Assembly (NCBI GenBank): GCA_973895155.1
Contig: OZ316891.1
Coordinates: 19,121,048-19,185,047, forward strand
Source: Marsupella aquatica
Taxonomy: Eukaryota > Plantae > Marchantiophyta
Direction: 5' to 3'
Length of the DNA: 64,000 nt
The position numbers were made by a program, and so were the translations under genes. Shown here in pieces: positions 52,126-64,000 of this stretch. A model generated the notes under the pieces. The model was given only the letters and a program-made list of their open reading frames with translations. It searched no databases and had not been told where the DNA came from. Each line of letters starts with the position of its first letter. Position 1 is the first letter of the stretch.

Positions 52126-55100
52126 TAAAGGAAATTTGTATAACAATAAAAAATAAGAAGATGGGGTACTAGAAGGAGTCAGTTTGGAAGGGGGGAACAG
52201 ATAGTTCACCGGGAGTAGGGGCCCAGGGATTGACAAATGGAACATTCAGTGGCAGATGCAGCCATAGTACTCCATGCAAAATCTTGAGATTGCACCTAAA
52301 TTTTCAAGAACTAGACTATGATAACATTGTGAAGGCCCAAACAAGAAGTGTGACCTCCAGTGTGACAGGCAAACAAGAAGTTTATTTGAATTTTACAGAA
52401 AGACTCAAAAGTCACCTTAAAGGTTTTTCAAAAAATGCAAATCCACCACAAATCTAAAATCTGCCCAACATTAAGTTCAAATTTAATGGGATACTTCCAA
52501 ACCAAAAATGCTAAAATCAATCCTTAAAAGCTACGATTACAAAACACTTAGCCAATCTAGAAGTGAGTACTATCTCCAAAGCCTACATAACAACATTTGA
52601 CCCATAATGTCCCTTGGAGCCAGATTAAGTCAAACTTGAACATGCAAAAATCAGCAATGCATCACTCTCTCGTAAAACAAAATTTCCAGAAAATGAGTAC
52701 AATATATCCCATTTTGGATTGAAAGCACAAATGAATGTGAAAAGGCAAAAGAGCTCCCGAACTGGTTTTGAACACCACTAGATTAAAAAAGGTAATCCAT
52801 AGTAAAAAGAACTGCTTAGTAAAAATGGATCCAAGTAGCTTTTCCTCTATGCAAAGCTATCTCATTGCCTAAGAACCTTTCTAGACAATCTTTGAGAATA
52901 TTTAAAAATCTTTGAGAAATATTCTAATTTATTGCAACATGTCATAGTTATGCTAATGAACTTCAACCTTTTGAAATTCACTTATGAAAAGGATGAAAGC
53001 TGGTCACTTGCCTCAGCCTGTTGAAATTCAATTCCCAATTTAAAGGAGAAAGCAGGTGCCTTGGTCACAAAATAAACCAGCTTCCCCTAGATCACAATGT
53101 TTGACAATATGAATAGACAGTTAAAATCCGAATGGACCAAATTGAAACAATTTATTGACTCAAGTAACATTTACCTTTGTAGGAATGGTCACACTTTTGG
53201 GGGTAGAATGCTCTTGGTCGATAAAAGTTCTTAGATCGGTTCTCACACACAAGCTCTAATCTCACCCAAAACCTTTTGATGGGATAGCATCCCTAAGCTC
53301 ACATCAGATCGCTAAGAACATTTGTTTTGACATGATCCCTTTCAAACTTTCAATGTGATATATAATATCGAACAGGGGACTCACTGGGAACGTTCTTGTG
53401 GAACTCTTGTGGAACTTACAAATCTTCAGTAAGAAACATATGACAAGAAAATGACGATCACCAACAATTTGGTCAAAGTGACTTGCTCCAAGAAGTAGCA
53501 AAATTATGGGATTACATGTATATGTAGAGAGTGCAGACTGACTGACTGAGTCATTGCTCTCTCGCGAACCCACTGAAAGGAACCTAGCCAAAACCTGATC
53601 CCTGGCTGGTCTTTAGGAGTGTGCTGCTCTGCCTGTGGTTTCTAAATTACTTGTTTAGATGCCTCCTTTTGAGGCCCAGCTTCTTTCCTGGTACCGGCCT
53701 ACCTGGTTCGTTTGCACGCCGACCTTTGGTCCCTTGGATGGTGTCCCTTTTTGGGCCCCCGTTTTGTATGCTGGGTATCTGAATGGAATTCAATTTGTTT
53801 TTTTGAGGCAAACAAAATTTAAATGTGGAGACTCTGCCATATGGCGCAGAATGCTTCGATTACCTCGACTGTAGTGCTGGTGCTTCTAGAAGATAGTATA
53901 TGTATGGGAGAGTAAGGGTGATCCAAAGTCTGATTCCCGTTGAAGATCAATTCAGCAATAACCCTATCAGCCAGGCCCCAGCACCGACTCCCAAACTGAT
54001 GTGTAAAACTTCTCCATTCTCCGTTCCGTGATAACTATTAATTGACTGAACCATGTGAATAATATTTGTGGGATTCTAAAACTCGCTACTGCATTCCAGG
54101 GTAGGGTAGTCAAGAATACTATTACCATATTTCCCGAACATACAACGAAATATAGAGGAGACATTCTAGGCAATTGTACGGAATAGACCATTTCCAGGGA
54201 CTGGGATTTTGGTACATCAGTGTGCCTACAGTTAGTGTAGCCCGATTTAAACACGAGCAAGATGCCTCTCATTTGCCAATAAGTGCTGGAGGTGCTTTGC
54301 TTCAGTCAGCGCTTCGGTTGAAGGTCACTACAGATTTGGAAGAGTGCTGTACGTTAGCTCCGCTAGTGGTGGTGTTGCATGATAAGATTCTTGCTGTTGC
54401 TGGAGTTCGTCATCTTCTAGCTCTCAAGTGGTTAAAGTTGCAGAAACCTGAGGTCGCTTATGATCTATGGCTTCACTGCAAGTTATACCAGACATCGTTG
54501 TGGGACTATCCCTGACGCACAAATTGAGACACCTTAGAACACTTTGTCACATCCATGCATTACGATATTAATTTTGAATTGCAGATAAATTCTACCCGAC
54601 CATTTCATAGATTGTTACCACTTTTCTTAACGAGGACCTCTTTTCACTATCTTGCATTTCATCAATTGCCAGAATGCCCCTGTAGAATTATCAAAGGTCT
54701 TATATCCGAAGTCTTAATGAGGCATAGTGATGATTTACCTTATCTACTCATGCATATGTCATCTGGGATTCCAAAACTTCCATTTTGAGGTGAAACATAT
54801 TGGGAGTAAATGAAGCAGAAATCAAATCTATTATTGCCAACCATCAACAATTCGAACTCCACGATTAGGAAGTTGCTGTATAGAATCTAGAACTGACATT
54901 TCAAGTGATCCAGAGAATTTACTGACCCTCTCCATCTTATCAAGGCTACAAGCTCAACCGTACAGATATGCGGGAATGGTTTGACCGGTGCTGGTTGTTT
55001 GTTTCATGCCCCTACTGGTAGGGCAAGTTTGTGTGCTAGACGCCTTCCAAATTGGGATGACTAAAGCGACCCGAACATATCTAGACCGGGTATCAATACC

Positions 55101-56421
55101 TCGTTTGGAACACATATTGCCTTGTATCGGATCAAATCCATTGCTTGCCAGTCTTTAGGACAATTGCTTGCCCAAGTCTCTTCTCGAATTGACAATTGAC
55201 AGTATACTTTCTGAGGCTCTCATGCACCTTTAGATTGACCCTTTCCGTTACAACCCAGGAACGTGAAAGACTAATATGTGATACTCAGCCCATGTAGACC
55301 ATTCCAAGCAGTCACACCTGTGTCTCAGAATCGTTGCTTTACTTCTTCCACCTTCCGTTTATTTCCTATTGATCATACGCCAGACAAATGAATCCTTCAG
55401 GAACCAAATGGCAGCTTTGTGATGCCACTTACCAGGAAACTGGCACCCACTCTTAAAAAAATCTGATTATGACACTCACTCGTAGGTAGAGGGCCACTCC
55501 TCTTCAAGCCGGAAAGAAGAACCTATCCCACCTTCGTCTAAAGTAAAAGATTAAAGATTCATAACATCAGCATAGAAAACGCCTGACACTCACTAAACTT
55601 TAGATGAATGTCCGACGAAAGGCAATCTGGCAAGCATTCCATGAGAAGCCTCAGCGATGTAATGAGCTAAACATGGTTTAATTCTCAGGTAAACCGACAA
55701 TTCTTGTGTATAAAAATGAATTCAGTATACGTCACTACAAATCTTCTGTTCTAAATGCTTCCCTCTCAATAAGTAATCCCTCTGCCTCATTCATTACAAC
55801 CAAAAAACACGCAGAACTTATGTTTTTCGAGTTAGTGGCAAGATCCTCTTCCAGACTGTGTTTGGCCCCAACAATTGATGAATGGGGTACTATCAAAAGT
55901 TGGACCAACGTGGGCAATCTTGCGGATGTACAACAAATACAAATATTTCTGAGTCCACTAACCAGCTCTTAGCCATACAAATGTCTGTCCAGCAAACGCA
56001 ATTGAGTTTTCTAACAGGGACCTGCAACTGTAACTAGTTCAGACAATCCTTCTTCATGTACAAAGTAACTTTATCCTACATTTAATAAAGATTTACTTTC
56101 AAAATTTGGCCCAATCAGGGCAATCTTGTAGATATAAAAGGGGTGAACGTGTCTCTGAGTCCGCTGACTAGAGCCCATCACCACAAATTTAAAAGGATCC
56201 ACTTCTCTAAAAGACACCTGCAACTGTGACTTACTCAGCGAAATAATACTCGCTGTCCAAAGGTTTCGTTCTGTTTCAAAATGATATTGACATAACATTC
56301 TGGAAGCAGAGCAAAGTCGACTCTCCACATTCTCCGGACAATACAAACTTCCAGAGAATACTTCTCCTACTAAGAATGTGCCAATTCCTTCTGCAGTAAC
56401 GTGGACCTCTATTTAACAATA

Positions 56422-58479
56422 TCAATGGCTTTGCTCTATTTCATCATCAGATTTTTCTAACAAGGTTGCTGTAGCTCCCTTGATCCACTTCTCACTATTG
56501 CCCTCCTCTTCACCATCCTCATCACTATATTCACTATCATAATCCTCCTCCTCTTCATCGCCATCTTCCATATCTTCCTCATTGTAATTCGCAATTTCGT
56601 CATCCTCAGCGACAACCTTGGGGCTTGGTTCTGCCCGACTCCGCTTTCCCACTTTCAACTTAATGTTGACCTTCTTGTCTAAGCCAATCCACGTATCACA
56701 CAAGCAGAATGCTGTAAGATTATAAGTACCCTCTTGGGGTGCTTGAAACTTTTTTATTGCCAGTCTTGATCCACCCTTGACTCTCTCTACTGCTTGTTTA
56801 ACCGAAGAATTCACTTCAGAATCATCAGCCCCTGTTCCTTCCAGGGCCTCCCCAATTAGTTTAGAGGCAGTTGCCACAGCTGCAGACTCATCCATGAATG
56901 ATAGTCTCTGTGACACCCACACACTGTTGAGTTGTTGGTCGGCAAGCAAGAACCAGTAAGCCTCGTCTTTCAGATTCGGAAAGTAGGGGGCATGGGGATG
57001 TGAAGCAATTTGCCCATTCTCTCGGCTAAGAGTCACCCAGGCTCGCATAGTGACAATATCACCTTCCTGAATACCGTCTTCACCTTCTGTCTCACATACA
57101 ACATCCAACGAAATTGACGGCATTATCTCCAACACGGCCTGCACATCGTCAGCGGCTGCCTTCGAAAGACCCCCGACGGCAGTCAACAGTTCTTCCCTAT
57201 CCTCTTTGCGAAGGTCCCTTAGATCTTGCAAACTCCTCACTTTCTTCCTCACAAGCCTCTTGATAACCACATCCTTGAAATGGGGTAATTGCAAAAATGG
57301 TGCAACTCCATCCACTGAACCCCCACCTGCTATGGCTCGTTCGGATAATTTCCTTGCACTTAGAGGCACTGCCTGAATAATGCTCTGCGAAAGTTCCATC
57401 ACGCCAAGGGCGGGTCGGAGCCAGCCATGCCCTTCAGAATTTCGGGGAATCACAGCCATCTTCATGAGTTCCTCGAGAAGCCGGGGAGTCAACTTCATAA
57501 CAAGGGCAAAATCAGCCTTGAGACTGGGAGGAATGGAATCCACTTCTCTCATCAACTGCGTAAGTAACAGCAGCTCGGTCTTGATAAGGGCAGGATGCTT
57601 CTTCCAGAACTTGGCTTGCTCTTGCTTCAAGCTTTTTGGATCCAGATTCAGTTCACTTCTGACGACCATAAATAGACGTTGTAAGTCATCACTTCTCCGA
57701 ACAGGTATCTCCACAAATTCCGCTGCCTTGATGAATACATCCACTACCTTACTCGGAGCCAGCGAAGGTTTCATGAAGTAGAAGTAGCTGGACAGTGTCT
57801 GATGCATGACATAGTTTCCAGTGTACTTGGACGACCGAGACAGGTAGCAGACGGCGACTATCAGAGGAACGAGAATCCCAACCCCAACTAAAGCAATTAG
57901 GAGAAGCCCACCTGAAGCTCCATGGATGTCAAGTAGGAACTTAGGTAGAGCAATTCCCATTTGCATTCCCTGTCTGCCATCTGGATGGCCGTATTTTGCA
58001 AAATTCTCTCGAGAAACTGGATCTGTGAGAGCTTGATATGCTTTTGATATGAAATCCACGAAATACTTATTCGCTTCCGGATCCGGGTTTTTATCAGGAT
58101 GGTACATGACGGACACTTTCCTGTATGCCTTCTTGATGTCTCCATCCGTTGCAGAGGCTTCCAGACCCAGGATCAGAAAGGGATCGAATGGCTGACTTTC
58201 TTGCGTACTTAGTTTGATCCAATAAAACAATCCGAAGATGATCAACCACGAGCTCACTAGCGCTACATTACCTAATGTCAAAAAGTTCCACACCTTCTTC
58301 CAGAATGATGTCTGATACTTTGATGATTGCAGACAATCGGAGCAGCGGCAGTGCAGATTCTTCCTCTTCCGCGCAACGGCACCCGAAATCCGGTAAACTG
58401 TCCACGGCGTCGTCACCAATCCAAGCACCGAAATTACGAAGATCGGAAAAAGCGAGCTCATCTCCTCGTTGGCCGCCAT
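56422..58479 (-). CDS. ERDJ2: Translocon component Sec63 / DnaJ protein ERdj2, 685 aa, intronless CDS
   Basis: Single ORF starting [14 protein letters not shown] (the ORF track begins 4 codons earlier at a GTG). Three TM segments, a J-domain with YHPDKNPD and YGHPDGRQG, a Sec63/Brl domain (PFLQLPHF...HAPYFP..K.E.YW.LLAD...CDTWIG) and an acidic C-tail. Confidence 0.96.
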   Translation of the reverse strand: MAANEEMSSLFPIFVISVLGLVTTPWTVYRISGAVARKRKNLHCRCSDCLQSSKYQTSFWKKVWNFLTLGNVALVSSWLIIFGLFYWIKLSTQESQPFDPFLILGLEASATDGDIKKAYRKVSVMYHPDKNPDPEANKYFVDFISKAYQALTDPVSRENFAKYGHPDGRQGMQMGIALPKFLLDIHGASGGLLLIALVGVGILVPLIVAVCYLSRSSKYTGNYVMHQTLSSYFYFMKPSLAPSKVVDVFIKAAEFVEIPVRRSDDLQRLFMVVRSELNLDPKSLKQEQAKFWKKHPALIKTELLLLTQLMREVDSIPPSLKADFALVMKLTPRLLEELMKMAVIPRNSEGHGWLRPALGVMELSQSIIQAVPLSARKLSERAIAGGGSVDGVAPFLQLPHFKDVVIKRLVRKKVRSLQDLRDLRKEDREELLTAVGGLSKAAADDVQAVLEIMPSISLDVVCETEGEDGIQEGDIVTMRAWVTLSRENGQIASHPHAPYFPNLKDEAYWFLLADQQLNSVWVSQRLSFMDESAAVATASKLIGEALEGTGADDSEVNSSVKQAVERVKGGSRLAIKKFQAPQEGTYNLTAFCLCDTWIGLDKKVNIKLKVGKRSRAEPSPKVVAEDDEIANYNEEDMEDGDEEEEDYDSEYSDEDGEEEGNSEKWIKGATATLLEKSDDEIEQSH

Positions 58480-58939
58480 CTTTGCAGCCACAGACCTCTT
58501 ATCCCACCTATCCCCTACGCAAATCAGACCCTAAAGTCCAATCAAATTCAATCCAATCCAGTCTGCAAGATCGGAATCCCCCCGCTTCTGTGAAATTCCG
58601 AGTGTCGATGATGAGAACATCGACGAGCGATTTAGGTCTGACTTCTCTCCCTTAAATGCAGATTGCACGATCTCCTCTCCTCTCCTCTCATGACGAAGAG
58701 CCGGCCGACGACAGCACAGACCTGCTTTGCTTCTCGTCTTTATCCACCACTACTGACTAGCCAAACCCACAACCTCTTTGTCGTAATTCTCAATCGTCCG
58801 AGCACGTTTCCTGTGTCACAAGCAACAACAAACCGAGGACGGAGGCCGAGCAACTCTTTCTGATGACTTGCCCACCTCAATGCCCACCTCAATGCTCGCT
58901 GCTCCAGTCCTCGTGTCGCAGTGCTCCTCCTGTGTCACA

Positions 58940-59928
58940 TGTCACGAGGGACTCGAGAATTAGGGCTATGCAAAGCGCAACATCGGATCAAAAACTACAA
59001 CTCCCATAGACCAGAACCTTTCATAAGATGCTCGGATGAGCAAGTTTTGTGTGATGGACCCCCAAAATAAATGAAACTTGTTACTTGATCCACCCCCTGA
59101 GGTCTATCAACGATCTAGATTAGAGATCGAAAGGTCCATCAACTGTCCAGATTGGGGAAAAGTATGGAGGTTGATTAAATAAACTTTTTCCAGATGGGGG
59201 TCTACTAAGCATATCTCTCCTATGCAAAGTGCAACAAGTGATCAAAAAGTTCAACTCCCATAGAGCAGAACCTTTGATAAGATGCTCGGATGGGAGAGTT
59301 TTTGGCGAGGGGACTTCAAGAATTAGGGCTATGGAAAGCTCAACATCGGATCAAATCTACAACTCCCATAGACCAGAACCTTCAATTGGTAAGATGCTCG
59401 GATGGGAGAGTTTTTGGCACCTGTCACGAGGGGACTGAAGAATTAGGGCTATGGAAAGCGCAACATCTGATGAAGACTACAACTCCCATAGACCAGAACC
59501 TTCAATTGGTAAGATGCTCGGATGGGAGAGTTTTTGGCACCTGTCACGAGGGGACTGAAGAATTAGGGCTATGGAAAGCGCAACATCTGACGAAGACTAC
59601 AACTCCCATAGACCAGATCCTTTGGTAAGATGCTTGGATGGGAGACTTTTTGCGTTCAACAGGGAAAGGAAATTAGGGCTATGGAAAAGTGCAACATCTA
59701 ATGAAAAACAACAACTCCCATAGACCAGGACCATTGATAAGGTGCTCAGGTGGGAGAGTCTTTGTCATGTGCCACAAGGGAAAATGAAATTAGGGCTATG
59801 GTAAGCTTGAACTCTAATAAAACACTAGAAATCCCATAGCCCAGAACCTTTGAGAGAATGCTGGGATGGGAGAGTTTTTTACAAGTGTCGCAAGGGGAAA
59901 CCAAATTAGGGCTATGGTAAGCTTGAAC
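58940..59928. repeat. Tandem array of ~110-120-bp units (about 7 copies) upstream of Sec63/ERdj2
   Basis: The anchor aattagggctatg occurs at 58958, 59321, 59441, 59561, 59671, 59788 and 59904, with a partial unit from ~59220. Central units are nearly identical with a period of exactly 120. Confidence 0.95.
59055..59204. mobile_element. ~150-bp insertion with short inverted ends inside the tandem array
   Basis: tggaccccca ... tgggggtcta bound a non-array stretch between unit 1 and unit 2. Confidence 0.45.
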
Positions 59929-59941
59929 ATGATTGTGTTAA

Positions 59942-60175
59942 ATTCACACCTATTCATAACCTCCATCCAACTAAAACACAAGATTTACACCTGATCATAG
60001 CCTCCATCCAACCAAAACACAAACTAGACCTGCAGAGCAAGTGGTCTTGGTTTGTGTTATGGCAATAAGGTAAAATTTACACCTAATTTTAACATCCAAC
60101 CAAAATATAAACCAAGACCCCCAACCAACTGTGGCCAATCAATATGTATCTTGGTTTGTGTTATGGAACTAAGCT
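59942..60175. repeat. Short direct repeats with stem-loops next to the array
   Basis: acacct....cata.cctccatccaac.aaaacacaa occurs twice (period ~41) plus a degenerate third copy. aacacaaactagacc-N12-ggtcttggtttgtgtt forms a hairpin at ~60015-60058. Confidence 0.65.
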
Positions 60176-60807
60176 AGGTATAAGTCTCACCTCATCCATC
60201 TCTTCCGCTTCATAAATTTGGTATGCAAGAAAGGTACTAGTGTGTAACCATTTTTAGAGGTCCCCTCTATTTTTATAATCTCCTACCCCAAAAATCTTGA
60301 TTGTTGACTTTTCCATACCATATTAAAGTACTATAAGGACAGTCTGCACTAGGGTTCTAGTCTTGAATGCTTAGAAAAGCTTCTTGGCTCGGGTCCACTT
60401 TATTTCACTTTCTGGTCAGAGTATTACCTAGTAGTACCCAGAAAGTCATTAGGATGTGTCAAAACAATGTCAGACAAGGAAATAAACTATTATGTTTTAG
60501 GACATAACTTCTTAAGGGGCTACCTACATAGAAGCCCTGCAAAATCCTTATGTTTCAAACGTTTCTTATGTCCCAGAAGTTTAAGTTTTAGGCCATAAGA
60601 TTTATCTTATAGCCTAATTTTGACACACCCTGAACTTTGACACGCCCAATTATCCTGTGGATACCTCTCGAGCTTGTTGCTTGCGAAATGGGGCGAATTG
60701 TCACGCAGTTGAGGGTACCTGCATTTTGTATCCACCAGGAAATTTTGAATGAGGTGAATGTGGGCTCAATCTATCTCTGCTGTGCTCGAAATTTTCGCTC
60801 ACCCAAA

Positions 60808-61404
60808 TCACCGGTGTGGTGATTGCTTGAAGCTGAGTCGCTTAATCCCCGGCAAATCCACGTTGCTGTAGAGAGCATAATTCCGCCATTTGTTAGGCTT
60901 CACAGTTGCGTACTCCAGCACGAACTTTGTGCGTGCGAGCTTGAATTCTTGGAAGGCTTTGAGCAGAGTCGATTCCTCTCGCACGAGGAACCCGATCAGG
61001 AGCTTCGTTCGAGGATTGCCCCGGCAGACCTCCAGCACGGCGCGGTGAAGCTCGGGCATGGGAATGTAGAAGAACGGGGGATCGAAGATCACCACCCGGA
61101 ATGTCTCGCTCGCGGGCAGGGGCTCCGGATGCCGAATGTCCCAGTAGCGAAACCCTGGGAGATGCGAGAAACGTGTGTCGATGTCCAGCAGGCTAACAGC
61201 CCGCCCGTCGGCATTGTAGTATGCTTGCGCTATGGACGGAGCCGCAAGGCAGCAAAGCTTTGGTTCGTACGAGAGAGCCTTCGCCAGAGCGTCGACGGTG
61301 CTTGTCGTCCAGAAGTACTGTTCCAGATCGTGGCGCTCAACGAAGCCGTCGCTGAACATGTGACGCTGTGAATGCGTACTGGCTGGCACCAATTCTATCG
61401 ACAT
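60808..61404 (-). CDS. N6-adenine-methylase-family (EEF1AKMT1/ZCCHC4-related) SAM-dependent methyltransferase, 198 aa, intronless
   Basis: From ATG 61404 (MSIELVP). Motifs ERHDLEQYFW, LCCLAAPSI, LLDIDTRF and VVIFDPPFF. Visibly GC-richer than its flanks. The upstream 87 codons of the ORF-track call look non-coding. Confidence 0.82.
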   Translation of the reverse strand: MSIELVPASTHSQRHMFSDGFVERHDLEQYFWTTSTVDALAKALSYEPKLCCLAAPSIAQAYYNADGRAVSLLDIDTRFSHLPGFRYWDIRHPEPLPASETFRVVIFDPPFFYIPMPELHRAVLEVCRGNPRTKLLIGFLVREESTLLKAFQEFKLARTKFVLEYATVKPNKWRNYALYSNVDLPGIKRLSFKQSPHR

Positions 61405-61532
61405 TGTTTGCAGACAGATCGATTTTCTCGCTTTGGTTGTCGAGCGATGAACTATCCTGAAGGATGTGTATAGTGGAGACAGGGGACTAACCTGCAATGA
61501 GCTGCGTGTGATGTGAACTGAAAGCTCTTCTT

Positions 61533-61541
61533 TCTTTATAG
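61533..61541 (-). promoter_or_regulatory. TATA-like box for the methyltransferase gene
   Basis: CTATAAAG on the minus strand ~130 nt upstream of ATG 61404. Confidence 0.35.
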
Positions 61542-64000
61542 ACTCCTTCCACGATGGGTATGGCAAGAGTGGTGCTCCTTGTAATACAAGTCTTCCAAGG
61601 AAACATATCTTTCGAGAAAACAAAACTAGGGAACAAAAACAAAGTCCATCCTGAGCATTCATCAATTTCTTTCAAATTAACGTTGGTTACATGCAAACAA
61701 CGAGAGGAGAAAACTGTACTGGACATTTGTCCGTTTCATTGTTTTCTTTCAGCGTTTAAGAAATACAGGAGAAGTCCACACTTGGGTTGATCAGTCCCAT
61801 CCATCGTTCGATGTGAACATGTGGCGACCTTGTCAGAACGTGGTTTACGCGTTTGTAGGAGACTGTATTAGTTGTAGGTCCATTGCTTTCGTAAGGCTAA
61901 GGCTACTTCCAATCAGCATGATACTGTATCAAGTGTGAGAAACATTGCTTGCGTAAGGCTAAGGGTTTAGGATTTTGCTGCTGGTTTGGAGGTAAGGTAA
62001 CTTAAGGTGCAGGCTAATGAATAGTCCACGACAACTTATTTCCGTGAAGCAGACCCAGTTGACGAGAACAATAAACGCGCTCCCACGGTGTACCCAGGAA
62101 GATGGAAGCTCTTCATTTCGGATCGTTTCTTCAGAAACAAACACAGAGCATGATGAGTTAGGGACTAACGTAGGCTACCTTCGTCGTCCTTGCTTTCAAA
62201 TCAGAATTCTGGCAGATTTCTTCGAGGACTATCACAGTTGGGTCATGTCTGCGATGAACTGGCTGGCCATTGATTCTTCTCTAGAAAGATGCAGTCTCAC
62301 CGACGGCAGAAAGCAAAACATTTGTTTTCAGAAGTTCAAATTATGAACCCGACCCATGATGCATTTCAGTAATTCGATGTGTGATTTTGCAGATCGATTG
62401 TGTCACCCACTCGAATGATACTGGGCCGGCTGAGCTCGAATTCCGAGTTGATCTCATTTCAGAGCTGGAATCTTCCGAAAGGAGGTCAAGGTTCCATAAG
62501 TTGGCAGTACTGATCGTCAGGTAAGGAGAGCAGAATGATTACCCTGGTGCCAGAAATGGATTCTCAAATGGGCAACTCCCACTCCAGAGGTGGTCTAAAA
62601 AACAGACCACAAGACATCCAAGGTTTTTTAACTGACACATTTTGTGATGATCTTTGATAGGGCTTACACTTACACTGAAATTAGTCTCTGTACATCACCG
62701 CCAAAGAACAAAAAACGCCAACGGGGAGACAGCATCTCAAAGGCAAAAATTCCAATAAAGGGGGGGAGACCCAAAGGCAAAAATCCCAATAAAGGAGGGG
62801 GGAAGGAAAAAGAATTTTAGTCTCTACTTAGCCCTTGGTTTCTTTCAGGTGTCTGGCTAGCACAATTGCTGCTTGTTCTTGTAAGGTGCCTCGTAGGCAT
62901 ACATATATGTAAGAGTTGAGTTTTACTACATTGTCACTTTTCCTTTGTGTGATTACATAGTTACATCAAATGGTCATCCATTAGGGCAGCACCCTTTCTG
63001 ACCCTCAATATTGGGTAGTGTATCTTACTTGGTATGCTCCTGCCCCCTCTGGGTGCGCTCCACTCCCCTGTCCCCCCGGGTCAAGTGTGGGAGAGGGTGT
63101 TGAGGTTAATTTGAGGACAGTGACCCAACCATGAGGGTTGGATCAATCAAACCAAAGTTACTTTACTCGAGCAGTGATGGAGAAAGGTGGCAAAGTAATA
63201 AACTAAAAAGGACGGAAGAGCATGTAATTGGATAAAATACAGGGCAGCAATATAGTACATCTCAGTATGTAAGGGCCTTCCTCAATCCATCCCTTCCCTT
63301 TAGAAAACAAGGTGGGGACACGATGGCTCTATTAAGGAGTGTCCACCCCAACATTTATTCACAGTTCAGATGCAAACTAAGGAAGGCTTGAACTATTCTT
63401 GCCTTGATATCTAAGTAGTTTGCATGGCTCGCCTTTGATGTCCCTTCAAACGACCCAGGGTCCCTACTGATCAAAGCTTAAATGTTAAAGTGAATGATGG
63501 GGACATACAAAGAATGTTTCATCTTGAGCCAGAGTTGTACTCAAACAATTTGGTCTAAAGGTGGCCTAAAGTTCTGATAAAAAATTCCCCTCCCCAAAAA
63601 CAGTTTTTAAAAAACAAATTCCCCCTCCACAATACCATTTACTTGAAGGGCGGGGGGCACGGGGCGGGGGGCGGGGGGCGCACAAAAGCCTTGTAAGGCG
63701 GGGATGATTGCTGTCAATATTATCATGTAAACTATGCCAATTATTGCCATTTGCTTTCAATAGATGGTCCGGCCACATGCAATCTAACACCAAACTGAGA
63801 CGATTCTTGGAAAGCAAACCCGCTTTGTTTGCAGGAGGGCATAATGAATCAAGGCCATGAGAGTCTGAATGGGATGGCCAAACAGTTAAGCTCGGATAAC
63901 TAAGCTCCACTGTGATGCCAGCTAGTACAGTCTTATAATCTGAATTAATACACTTTTTCCTACTTAAACTGCACCTGTATAGATCATGCCATACAAGGGT

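Noticed and set aside
59290-59628. 112-aa ORF with 40-aa repeats
   Set aside because: It follows from the 120-bp period being divisible by 3, and the frame breaks in neighbouring units.
58940-59928. CRISPR array or tandem hammerhead ribozyme (CTGATGA at 59467, GAAA nearby)
   Set aside because: Units are similar over their whole length, with no unique spacers and no cas genes. CTGATGA is not conserved between units, and no stem II/III or UH cleavage site forms.
60823-61371. 182-aa plus-strand ORF
   Set aside because: It is the antisense shadow of the GC-rich methyltransferase gene and has no motifs.
61456-61492. Possible intron in the methyltransferase 5' region
   Set aside because: GT..AG is present but spans only ~35 nt, below normal plant intron size.

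Overview
Eukaryotic nuclear DNA from a land plant. A bryophyte or liverwort is my inference from the gene content and a retroelement ORF type I recall from Marchantia. Five protein-coding genes can be reconstructed by hand: a 7-exon RWD + RING-H2 E3 ligase (RNF25-like, 525-4257 +), a 4-exon EGF-repeat single-pass membrane protein (8550-5442 -), an NFD6-like small organellar protein with a tandemly duplicated last exon (11613-12948/13518 +), an intronless Sec63/ERdj2 (58479-56422 -) and an intronless DPPF-motif N6-adenine-methylase-family gene (61404-60808 -). The ~42 kb between NFD6 and Sec63 has no convincing host gene. It holds MITEs, a long foldback, a probable solo LTR, a decayed retroelement ORF with a clean 994-bp TIR insertion, and two ORF-less blocks (14-20 kb, 36-44 kb) carrying promoter, splice-site and hairpin signals. 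The best leads are possible UGA readthrough in the RNF25-like gene, three alternative C-terminal ends of NFD6, the non-canonical methyltransferase, a ~120-bp hairpin-forming tandem array upstream of Sec63, and candidate structured non-coding transcripts. No rRNA, tRNA or CRISPR array was found. All alignments were done by eye.
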